A stretch of 21,485 bases of DNA from Malassezia furfur. Lineage: Eukaryota. Of the stretch, positions 10,048-18,329 are shown in pieces. The position numbers and the translations under genes are program-made. The DNA is taken from the NCBI GenBank assembly GCA_052055015.1, contig JBQJIT010000005.1. The stretch is one strand, 5' to 3'. Numbering within the stretch: position 1 is the stretch's first letter; each line of letters begins with the position of its first letter. A model generated the notes under the pieces. It saw only the letters and a list, made by a program, of their open reading frames with translations, was not told the DNA's origin and did no database searches.

Positions 10048-13000
10048 CTATAGCTGGGCCTCGACCAGTTCAAAGTAGCGGCCGTGCTTGTGGAGCAGTT
10101 CGTCGTGCGAACCCATTTCGACAATTTTGCCGTCCTCGACGACGCAAATCAAGTCGGCGCGCCGGATCGTCGAGAGGCGGTGCGCGATGGTGATCGTGGT
10201 GCATCCCTTGCATGCGTTGTCGAGCGCCTGCTGGACGAGCACCTCGGACTCGGCATCGAGCGCCGACGTCGCCTCGTCGAGCAGCAGGATACGCGGACGG
10301 CGCAGCAGCGCGCGCGCAATGCACACGCGCTGGCGCTGCCCGCCGCTGAGCGAAGAGCCTTTGAGGCCGATCATGGTATCCAGGCCCTCGGGCAGCGCCA
10401 TGGCAAAGTCCCACACGCACGCCTCGCGGCACGCCGCCTCAATTTCCGCGTCCGTCACGCGCTCGGGGTCGACGGCACCGAGCGACAGATTCCAGCGCAG
10501 CGTGCCCTCGTACAGCACCGGGTCCTGCGACACGTACGCCATCTCGGCGCGCCACGTGGGCAGCGGAATCGCCCGCAGGTCCAGGCCGCCGTAGGTGATG
10601 GTCCCGCGACACGGGTCATAGAAACGCTGTAGCAAGCTGAGAATGGACGACTTGCCGCTGCCCGACGTGCCACAGAACGCCACGGTTTGGTTTTCGTGGA
10701 TGGTCAGGTTCAGGTGGCGCAGCGCCGGCACGTCGGGGCGCTGGGGGTAGCGCAGCTCGACGTGCGACAAGACGAGGTCGCGCGGGCCGCTGGGCGGCCA
10801 CGCCACGCCCGCATCGGCGTCCTGCGAAATCTGCGGCGTGCGCGCCCACCAGCCCTCGACGACTTTGATCGCATGCCGCGCACGCGCAACGTCCGGCAAA
10901 AAGGTCGCCAGACGCACGGCGGCAAACACGCCGATGAACACGCCCTCGAACACGGCAAACATGGAGCTTGCGTCGATGCGCTCCGTCACGACGAGACGCG
11001 TGCCCCAGTAGAGCATTAGGCCCGTCGAGCCGTACAGCGCAAACTGCGAGTAGGCAAAGCACGCGCTGCTCGTCGCCAGCACCCAGCGGAACGGCTCGCG
11101 CACGGTGCTTTCGCGCTCCATGTGGCGCAGCGCACGCTGCTCGCGCCCGAGCGACGCGACTGTCGGAATCGCGTCGACGATCTCGGCAATGTATGCAGCG
11201 GTGCCGTCGATGGGCGACTGCACCACCTTTTCGTAGCGCTCAGCCAGCTGCACGTTGAAGAAGCTCGCGACGAGCAGCGACAGCAGGCCGGGCACGCACG
11301 TCAGCGCAAGCTCCCAGCTCATCGAGATGGACATGATCACCGAGCCGAGCAAGTTGCCCGCGGCCATGATGAGCTGCACGGCGACGACGCCCGTCGCGGT
11401 GCCGATGCTCTGTGCGTGGCTAAACACGGCCGAGCTCAGCGCGCCGCTCGCGTTCTCCTTGCGGTCAAAGAAGGCGACTTCCTGGCGCAGCAGGGCGTGC
11501 AGCGACTTGACCTTGATCGCGTTCATCATGCGCTCCGACGCCAGCTCCAAGAAGAAGGACGCAAAGAAACCCACCATGAGCGCCACGGCCGCCACCACAA
11601 TGAACCACATGCCCCACCAGTTGCTCCGGTCACGCAGGCGCCCGGGGTCGTTCTGGATGCCGAGCGCATCGATCGCGTACCCGCTGATCCACCCGGTGAT
11701 CGGGAAGGAGGCCGCGAGCGCCACAGCAAATGCAATGCCCACCACGAACACGCCATGCTGCCCCTGCGAGACGTGCCACAGCCCGCGACGCGGCGCACGC
11801 TTCGTCACCGCCCCGGCCCCGGCGCCCTCGTTCTTTTCATCGGCGCTGTCCGCGTCGTCGGCGGCGCGCGCCTCGTCGCGCCGGTCGCTCGCGCCCCAAC
11901 TCGCGCCGGTGACACCCGCGCCGCGCATCGACACGTCGGCGAGACGCGGCGGCTGCCAGTGCTTGCCGCCCTCGGGCGCGTTCGGCGCCGCACGCGCCGG
12001 TGCACCGGTCCGCGGCGGACCCCATGCACTGCTCGACGCCTGCGTCGTGGTCTCGACACCGGTCGCATAGTCGGGCACGTCGGGCTCCGCCTCGTCGTCG
12101 AGCGGCAGCCCGGACGCGATGCGGTTGTGCATCACCATGCGGTGATACACACCGCCGGTGTGGCGCATCAGCTCGCGGTGCGTGCCGACCTCGGCGACCG
12201 CGCCGTGCGTCAGAGTCACGATCTGGTCGGCATGCTGCACGGTCGACAGGCGGTGCGCGACGATGATGGTCGTCATCCCCCGCGCCGTCTGCTCGCGCTG
12301 CAGCATGCGCTTGATCCGCTCCTCCGTCGAGGTATCCAGCGCCGAGGTCGCTTCGTCCAGGCACAGAATTTGGGGCTCACGCACCAGTGCACGCGCAATC
12401 GCAATGCGCTGGCGCTGGCCACCCGAAAGGTGCACGTTGCGCCCGCCGCCCAGGTGCGTGTCCATGCCCTGGGGCAGCTTCTTGACAAACGTCCACGCCT
12501 CGGCCTTCACGAGCGCGTCCTGCACCTTGGCACGCACCGCCTCGTCCGCGACCGACGCATCCGGCTGCACCGCCGTGAGGCCCATCGCGACGTTCTCGGC
12601 GATCGTGCCGCTGAACAGCTGGGGGTTCTGCCGCACCACGGCGATCTGCGAACGCAGCCAGCGCAGGTTGAGCTCGCGCACGTCGACGCCACCAAAGAGG
12701 ACGCGGCCGCCGCCACGCACGCGCTCGCGCGCTTCCTCGACGTCGCCGTCCTGCGACACGCGCGACGCCGCACGCTCCGGCGACTTTTCGCGCGTCGCCG
12801 CGGCCTTTTCGCCGGGGGCGTCGCCGGGGGTGTCGCCTTCCGGGTCGCCCGCGCCAAACTTTTCGTCGCCGCGCACGGGCACGTTGGACGTCTCGGGGTC
12901 GTACTCGCGGCCAAGCAGCGCGGTGATGGTCGACTTGCCGCTGCCCGACGGGCCGACGAGCGCCGTGACCTTACCGGGCGGGAACACGATCGAGACGTCG

Positions 13001-14250
13001 CGCAGGCTCGCCGTGTACGGGCGCGCGGGATAGGCGAATGTGACGTGGTCCAGCGTAAAGCTCGGCTCGTACGTCGGCAGCTGCGTCGGATTGGGCGCGC
13101 CCGCCGGTACGCCGAGGATCGCGCCGTCGGTCGACCGCACGTCGACGTGCGGCTCGCGCTCGATCACGGCGCGCATCTTGCGCAGCGCCGCACCGCTCTC
13201 AATGAGGCTGAGCAGGTGGGGAATGACCATCGCCATGGAGAACATCGAGCTGAGGTAGTTGTAGAAGCACGAAATGACCCCGTCCATCTGCTCACGCCCC
13301 TTGGCGATCTGCACCGAGCCCCACCAGAAGCCGAGCGAGTAGAGCGCGTTAATCACAAAGTACATCGATGCCACGTCTCCGCCCTTGACCGCCGCGCGCC
13401 GCGTGACAAAGCGCGCCAGCGGCGCAATGTACAGTGTATGCATCCGCGTGACAAGGATGTGCGTCAGTTCAAACGAGTGCACCACGCGCACAGACGAGAG
13501 CACCTGCTCGACAAACGTCGACAGACGGCTGTCGATGTCGAGCGCGGACGAGGTCACCATGTCGCCCAGCGCACCAAGCGTCGTCGTGACAAGCACTGCA
13601 AACACCAGCACGGTGAGCAGCACACCCGCAACGGTCGGCGCACGCGAAAAGGCCATCACCATGCTCGTGATCAACGTCGCGACCGCGTTCGCAAAGAAGC
13701 CCAACTTCTCGCCAAACGCCGCGCGGATCTGCGTCACGTCGCGGTTCGCGCGCGAAGCAATTTCGCCAGGGCCGTGCACATCAAAGAAGCCCGGATCCTG
13801 CACAATGGCCGCGGCAAAGTATTCCTCACGCAGTCGGTGGCACAGCTCGTGCGTCGCGAGCGGCATTAGCGTCACAAAGCCCCAGCTCGTGAGCAGCACC
13901 AGCACACCGATCACCACATTGATCCACGCCAGCAAATTGCTGTGGCGCTGCGCGTACGCGGGATCCGTCCACTGGTACTCCTTGACCGTATGCGACCAGT
14001 AGCCGTACAGCAAGTCGATCGCCGACAGACCGCCACCAGCCACGATCGCGCACGCCAGGCCCAGCACGTACAGCACCGTCGGGTGCCGGACGAACGCCAT
14101 CGGCGCGCGCACCGGCGAGGGCACGGGCGGCGCAAACGAAAAGAGGTACAGAAAACCTCGTAGGCGCGAGCGGTGTTGGTGTAGGATCGCCGCTCGGTAC
14201 GGCGCCTCGTACGCCTGCATGGCGTTGTCCACTCCGTCCCCCGCGGTCAT
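10048..14250 (-). CDS. Full-length ABCB (MDR/P-glycoprotein-like) ABC transporter, TMD-NBD-TMD-NBD, up to 1400 aa, apparently intronless
   Basis: Two NBDs: GPSGSGKST/LSGGQRQRIAIARAL/LCLDEATSALD and GTSGSGKSS/LSGGQRQRVCIARAL/LLLDEATSALD, each preceded by a TMD. Start could be 14250 or 14220. Substrate unknown. Confidence 0.93.
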   Translation of the reverse strand: MTAGDGVDNAMQAYEAPYRAAILHQHRSRLRGFLYLFSFAPPVPSPVRAPMAFVRHPTVLYVLGLACAIVAGGGLSAIDLLYGYWSHTVKEYQWTDPAYAQRHSNLLAWINVVIGVLVLLTSWGFVTLMPLATHELCHRLREEYFAAAIVQDPGFFDVHGPGEIASRANRDVTQIRAAFGEKLGFFANAVATLITSMVMAFSRAPTVAGVLLTVLVFAVLVTTTLGALGDMVTSSALDIDSRLSTFVEQVLSSVRVVHSFELTHILVTRMHTLYIAPLARFVTRRAAVKGGDVASMYFVINALYSLGFWWGSVQIAKGREQMDGVISCFYNYLSSMFSMAMVIPHLLSLIESGAALRKMRAVIEREPHVDVRSTDGAILGVPAGAPNPTQLPTYEPSFTLDHVTFAYPARPYTASLRDVSIVFPPGKVTALVGPSGSGKSTITALLGREYDPETSNVPVRGDEKFGAGDPEGDTPGDAPGEKAAATREKSPERAASRVSQDGDVEEARERVRGGGRVLFGGVDVRELNLRWLRSQIAVVRQNPQLFSGTIAENVAMGLTAVQPDASVADEAVRAKVQDALVKAEAWTFVKKLPQGMDTHLGGGRNVHLSGGQRQRIAIARALVREPQILCLDEATSALDTSTEERIKRMLQREQTARGMTTIIVAHRLSTVQHADQIVTLTHGAVAEVGTHRELMRHTGGVYHRMVMHNRIASGLPLDDEAEPDVPDYATGVETTTQASSSAWGPPRTGAPARAAPNAPEGGKHWQPPRLADVSMRGAGVTGASWGASDRRDEARAADDADSADEKNEGAGAGAVTKRAPRRGLWHVSQGQHGVFVVGIAFAVALAASFPITGWISGYAIDALGIQNDPGRLRDRSNWWGMWFIVVAAVALMVGFFASFFLELASERMMNAIKVKSLHALLRQEVAFFDRKENASGALSSAVFSHAQSIGTATGVVAVQLIMAAGNLLGSVIMSISMSWELALTCVPGLLSLLVASFFNVQLAERYEKVVQSPIDGTAAYIAEIVDAIPTVASLGREQRALRHMERESTVREPFRWVLATSSACFAYSQFALYGSTGLMLYWGTRLVVTERIDASSMFAVFEGVFIGVFAAVRLATFLPDVARARHAIKVVEGWWARTPQISQDADAGVAWPPSGPRDLVLSHVELRYPQRPDVPALRHLNLTIHENQTVAFCGTSGSGKSSILSLLQRFYDPCRGTITYGGLDLRAIPLPTWRAEMAYVSQDPVLYEGTLRWNLSLGAVDPERVTDAEIEAACREACVWDFAMALPEGLDTMIGLKGSSLSGGQRQRVCIARALLRRPRILLLDEATSALDAESEVLVQQALDNACKGCTTITIAHRLSTIRRADLICVVEDGKIVEMGSHDELLHKHGRYFELVEAQL

Positions 14251-14261
14251 CGCATTCGTGG

Positions 14262-14278
14262 CGCGTGGCCAAAAATTT
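14262..14278 (-). promoter_or_regulatory. AAATTTTTGGCCACGCG, variant of the upstream motif, before the ABC transporter
   Basis: Nearly identical to AAATTTTGGCCACGTG at 8449-8464. Confidence 0.45.
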
Positions 14279-14334
14279 GCCCTAATTTCCTCTTTCTACG
14301 CGCTGTGGAGGCCCCGGCTCCGGCCCCGGCATTT

Positions 14335-16926
14335 CTACGCCCCAAATAAGAAATTCATCTCGCTCGCCGACAGGCGCGAGGCTGCGTCAGACCCGGTCAC
14401 GTACCGCGCGACAGCTGCGTGCTGCCGTCCAGCGCCGCCTTGGCGAGCGCACGCTTCTTCTCTTGTAGCTGCAGAATCCGCTCCTCGACCGTGTCGGTGA
14501 TCGACAGCTTGTAAATGTACACGTCTTTCGCTTGGCCGAGCCTGCGTCAGCGTCCCACGTACCGGTGCGCACGATCGAAGGCCTGCTCCTCGATCTGCGG
14601 ATTCCACCACAGGTCGCACAGGATCACCCGGTTGCAGCACGTCAGATTTAGACCCGTGCTTCCGGCCTTGAACGAGATCAGAATCACGCGCGTCTCGGGC
14701 CGCGTGCGGATCGCCTGGAGCGCCGACTCGCGCGCAGTGCGCGACATGGTTCCATCGTCTGGGTCAGGGGCTCACGTACATCGCACGAAATCCACGCCGT
14801 GCTTCCGCAACACGGGGCCCAGCAGGTCCAGAAACGAGGTAAACTGGCTAAACACGATCGTCTTGTCGTCGCGCGCTTCGCCGCGGATCGTATCGAGGAG
14901 CGCGACGACCTTGTCGACCTTGGATGAGCTCCGTGAACCCCAGTCGATGCCACGCTCTGCCTCGTCCTTGGCCTGCGCACGACACCCCGCACACAGGACA
15001 TGCCCGCCTTCGGCGGGGTGCGACGCCGGCAGCGACACTTGGCACCGCTCACAGTGCTGCGAACGCACCGACAACCCGGACAGCAGCTCGGCCAGCTCGT
15101 CGTCCGCACTCATGCCAGAGTCGGCGGCCGCGACGGCAGGCGCATCAGGTGCAGAAGGCGCGCTTGGCGACTGGCCCGTAATCAATGCAGGGTGATTACA
15201 CGCTGCGTCAGCGCACCACCTACCTTGCCGTAGCCTCAGGAGCATCACCAGCATACCCATCATGTCGTGCTTGCCCTCCGCCTCAACCGAAAGGCTGTCC
15301 TTAATGCACAGTTCAATCTTCCGGTAGAAGGCACGCTCCTCGTCACTCGCAAAGTCGAGCATGACCACATCGACGTTGCGCTTCGGCAGCTGCAGCAACT
15401 TCTTGCCATTGTATTCGGCGTCCTTGGTGCGCCGCAGCATGATGGTGCGTAGAATGACACACAGCCGCTTCATTCCGTTTTCGCTGCGGGCGCGCATGCT
15501 GCGTGAGGCGGGCCACGTACGTGCTCTTCAGCGGGTCGTCAATCTTTTCGCGGAAGTGCGACAGGTCGTCAAACGGCGCCGCACGCAAAAAGTGCATCAG
15601 ACTAAACAGCTCCAGAACATTGTTCTGCAGCGGCGTTCCGGTCAGGCACCAGCGCGACGCCGCATTCAGCGACAGTTCGTAGCATGCCTGGCTGCTCTTG
15701 GCACGGTAATTTTTGATGTTGTGCGCCTCGTCTGCGTCAGTAAGCGACCTACCCAGCACCACCCGGAGCCATTTTACCTGGAACAGCGGCGCGCGCGCCA
15801 CTTTAGCGCGTGGCTTGCGCACTGTGCGGCGTGGTAGCGGCGTGTCCGAGTCGGACGACGCCGAAGCAGAGCTCGACGCGTCCGAATTCAGCGTAAGAGG
15901 ACGCGCTTTCGATCCTAGACTCGGCGCGTCTTCGTCTAAGTCGGCAAGGTACTGCGCATGCTCGTTGCTGGCCGTCGCGTACGTCGTGATCACCACGTCG
16001 GCGCGCCGCAGTACATCCGCCGACTTGGCGCGGTGGGGGCCATGGTGCACATACACCTGCAGTTTGTGCCCTGTCTTTTCGTTCGCCTCGCGCTGCCATT
16101 GCTCAACGACCGCGAGCGGCGCAATAATGAGCGTCGTCTTGGTACCGGAAGCATACACTGCCTTGCGCCGCTGCGCCAGCATGTCCCCCACCTCGTCCAC
16201 AAACACGGCGCCATCGGGATCGTCTTGGCCACTGGTCGGCGGCGCTTTGGCTTTGGCCTTGGGCTTGCCGAGGCCCTCCTTGGCCAGGTTTGCCGCCAGA
16301 TCATCGGATGGCTCGCTCGATTGCATGCTCTCCAATGTGCGATGCAGCAAGATGAGTGCGAGCATTTGCACGGTCTGTGTGAGCCTGCGACGTACTTTGC
16401 CCAATCCCATATCGTCCGCGAGGATGCCACCTTTGATGTCACCGCACTCGCGCTGCTGCATCCACTCGATGCCTTGCACTTGATGCGGCAGCAGGCGGCA
16501 CAGCAGACCAGGGACATTTGCCTTGTTCATGTCGACCTGCTCGACGACCGTCACGAGACTCGAAAGCATCGCCTGCAGCTGCTTCTCGCGGTCTTTGGCC
16601 GAGAGATTGCTCCGCTCGAGCGGAGTACCGGGTGCTGGCGGCGTCGCTAGTGCGCGATCTGGTGTCCACCGCTTTGGTGTGCGCGTCTGCGGCGTGCCGC
16701 GCGTCGGTGTGCTGGGACCCCGGCCCAGCATCCAGGGGCTCGGCGGCTCGGGCGTCGACGGCATCATGCGCACGCGCGGCTCGGTGCGCCACCCTGTGCG
16801 CCCACGCACGCTCGGCGAGCCTGTGCCCTGTGGTGTGCGTGGGCTCCCACGGTCCTGTTGGGTCCCGGGCGTGGGCGAAGCGAGGCCCAGCTGCTGCGCC
16901 AGCAGGCGCTGCCGCATGGCCTCCAT
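14335..16926 (-). CDS. SNF2-family ATPase, Rad5/Rad16-like group (Ris1/Uls1/TTF2-like), about 813 aa; exons 16926-16396, 16374-15753, 15731-15521, 15498-15224, 15202-14780, 14758-14563, 14541-14405, 14381-14335
   Basis: After removing 7 tiny introns: [115 protein letters not shown]; spliced length 2442 nt is a multiple of 3. Confidence 0.9.
14382..14404 (-). other. 23-nt intron (SNF2 intron 7)
   Basis: GTACGTGACCGGGTCTGACGCAG; gives C-terminus [15 protein letters not shown]. Confidence 0.85.
14542..14562 (-). other. 21-nt intron (SNF2 intron 6), in-frame TGA
   Basis: GTACGTGGGACGCTGACGCAG; restores DRAHR-LGQ. Confidence 0.93.
14759..14779 (-). other. 21-nt intron (SNF2 intron 5), in-frame TGA
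   Basis: GTACGTGAGCCCCTGACCCAG; restores FVR-YDG. Confidence 0.93.
15203..15223 (-). other. 21-nt stop-free in-frame intron (SNF2 intron 4)
   Basis: GTAGGTGGTGCGCTGACGCAG; restores RLRQ-ACNHP. Confidence 0.9.
15499..15520 (-). other. 22-nt intron (SNF2 intron 3)
   Basis: GTACGTGGCCCGCCTCACGCAG; joins the frames of ORFs 15343..16956 and 14772..15497. Confidence 0.9.
15732..15752 (-). other. 21-nt stop-free in-frame intron inside Walker B (SNF2 intron 2)
   Basis: GTAGGTCGCTTACTGACGCAG; restores VVL-DEAH. Confidence 0.92.
16375..16395 (-). other. 21-nt stop-free in-frame intron inside Walker A (SNF2 intron 1)
   Basis: GTACGTCGCAGGCTCACACAG; restores GLGK-T. Confidence 0.92.
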
Positions 16927-16959
16927 CGTGTTGATATGTGGAGGAACGTACCACACTGG

Positions 16960-18294
16960 CTACGCGGTCCGTGCGCGTTTGCTGGGGGAGTCTATGGTGT
17001 CGTGAGCGCGGCCTTCACGCTTAGGGGGTTCCGCGAGCATCGCACCATCGGCGTCCTCGAGCTTGATCGAGGGAGGCGCTGGCCCATCGATGTGCGCCTC
17101 TTCCTTGGGCTTTGTTTCGTCGTCGTGGGCCCACACCTCTCCGTCCGGCGCCTCGACCGGCTCGGTCTTGGGCTCCGCTTTCACGTCGGCCTCTGGCTCG
17201 TACGCCAACAGCGAGGGCAGGTCTGCGTAAAAGAGGAACTGCATTAGTTGTGCACGTACCGAATGTGCCCAGCCCGCCCGATCGCCCCAGATGGCGCGCA
17301 GGCGGTCGGCGACCTCTTCGTACCGCTTGGTACGGATGCCGTACCACCGCTCAGCAAAGTGGAAGACGTGCCGGTCGACGGGGATGCTGCTCGCTTGGTC
17401 CAGCGACATGAGCAGGATACAGTCGGCCACTTTGGGGCCGATACCTGCGAGAGGCAGCAGCCGTTCACGGGCGTCGTAGTACGACAGGTGGCGTAGCTCC
17501 ATTAGATCGGCATACACGGCCTCGTCCACTTTTTCGTCGGGTGCATCAGGAGGCAAGGAGTCTCGCGCTTTTTCGCACAGCATCGACGCGGTCTGTGCGA
17601 GGTACTTGGCCCGGTACCCGAATCCGAGCGCACGTAGCCGACCCTCGACATCGGGCTGCGCGAGCCGCGTGGGCGGCGGAAAAGGATGGTACGCAAGCGA
17701 GACATGCTTTTCTGGTGCATCCGCGAGCTCGTTCATGTCGAGGGTATGGCACAGGCGGGCGCCTGGTGGGTAGTCTTCGACATGCACGCACGGCGAAAAG
17801 TGCTCACACAGCTTGTGCACCATCTGACTGATGCGGGGAATGTTGTTGTTGGAGCTGCAAATGAACCTGTGTGAGCAGGATACGTACGCGCACATGCACT
17901 CCCACGGGTCCTGCCGCAGGATGTTGCCCCCCGCGAACCGCTGGGCGTGCTTCGCGAAGACGGGGTCCTTGGCGCTCCACTCCTCGAACCACGTCGCCGC
18001 GGGTGTGTCGAGGTTCAGGTAGTCCCGTAGCCAGTGCGCGGTGTCAGTGCGTGCTGCGTTCGGCGCATACACGGTGCGGTGCAGCAGCGCATGCGACGCA
18101 CGGTCGTGCGTGACGAACACGACGCGGTCACGAAGGCACAACGACCACTCGAGCCGCCGCGGCTCTTTGCCGCGCGCAGGCACAAGCACCTTGCGCCACC
18201 GGAACGCCTGCCCGCACTGGTGCGCAATGGTCAGCGGCAGTACCACGGGACACTGCGGCGACAGCGCCAGCACCTCGTACGCGGCTGGTGGCAT
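16960..18294 (-). CDS. OGG1: 8-oxoguanine DNA glycosylase/AP lyase, about 430 aa; exons 18294-17888, 17866-17260, 17238-16960
   Basis: CGQAFRW, ILRQDPWECMCA-FICSSNNNIPRI, LRALGFGYRAKY, HhH-GPD region GIGPKVADC...IPVDRHV with catalytic Lys and Asp, AGWAHS-FLFYADL. Confidence 0.95.
   Translation of the reverse strand: MPPAAYEVLALSPQCPVVLPLTIAHQCGQAFRWRKVLVPARGKEPRRLEWSLCLRDRVVFVTHDRASHALLHRTVYAPNAARTDTAHWLRDYLNLDTPAATWFEEWSAKDPVFAKHAQRFAGGNILRQDPWECMCAYVSCSHRFICSSNNNIPRISQMVHKLCEHFSPCVHVEDYPPGARLCHTLDMNELADAPEKHVSLAYHPFPPPTRLAQPDVEGRLRALGFGYRAKYLAQTASMLCEKARDSLPPDAPDEKVDEAVYADLMELRHLSYYDARERLLPLAGIGPKVADCILLMSLDQASSIPVDRHVFHFAERWYGIRTKRYEEVADRLRAIWGDRAGWAHSVRAQLMQFLFYADLPSLLAYEPEADVKAEPKTEPVEAPDGEVWAHDDETKPKEEAHIDGPAPPSIKLEDADGAMLAEPPKREGRAHDTIDSPSKRARTA
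17239..17259 (-). other. 21-nt stop-free in-frame intron (OGG1 intron 2)
   Basis: GTACGTGCACAACTAATGCAG; restores AGWAHS-FLF. Confidence 0.9.
17867..17887 (-). other. 21-nt stop-free in-frame intron (OGG1 intron 1)
   Basis: GTACGTATCCTGCTCACACAG; restores ECMCA-FICSSNNN. Confidence 0.9.
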
Positions 18295-18329
18295 GGGGCA
18301 TCGGGCGATCGGGCGTCGTCGCGACGACC

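Noticed and set aside
10551..10559. GCCACGTGG inside the ABC transporter CDS
   Set aside because: Not near any supported start codon; treated as a chance coding occurrence and counted as the exception in the motif tally.
11122..13869. Long antisense or alternate-frame ORFs (915 aa here; also 7554..9485, 18651..20882, 19181..21358, 3902..5203)
   Set aside because: Expected shadows of GC-rich coding sequence; Arg/Ala/Gly-rich with no recognisable domains.
14335..16926. Fragmented SNF2 ORFs suggesting a pseudogene or stop-codon recoding
   Set aside because: All stops and frame changes fall within consensus 21-23 nt introns and the spliced frame is intact.
16946..16951. GTACGT donor-like site between the OGG1 stop and SNF2 start (minus strand)
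   Set aside because: No branch/CAG acceptor within 21-26 nt, and it lies after the OGG1 stop, so no fusion protein is supported.
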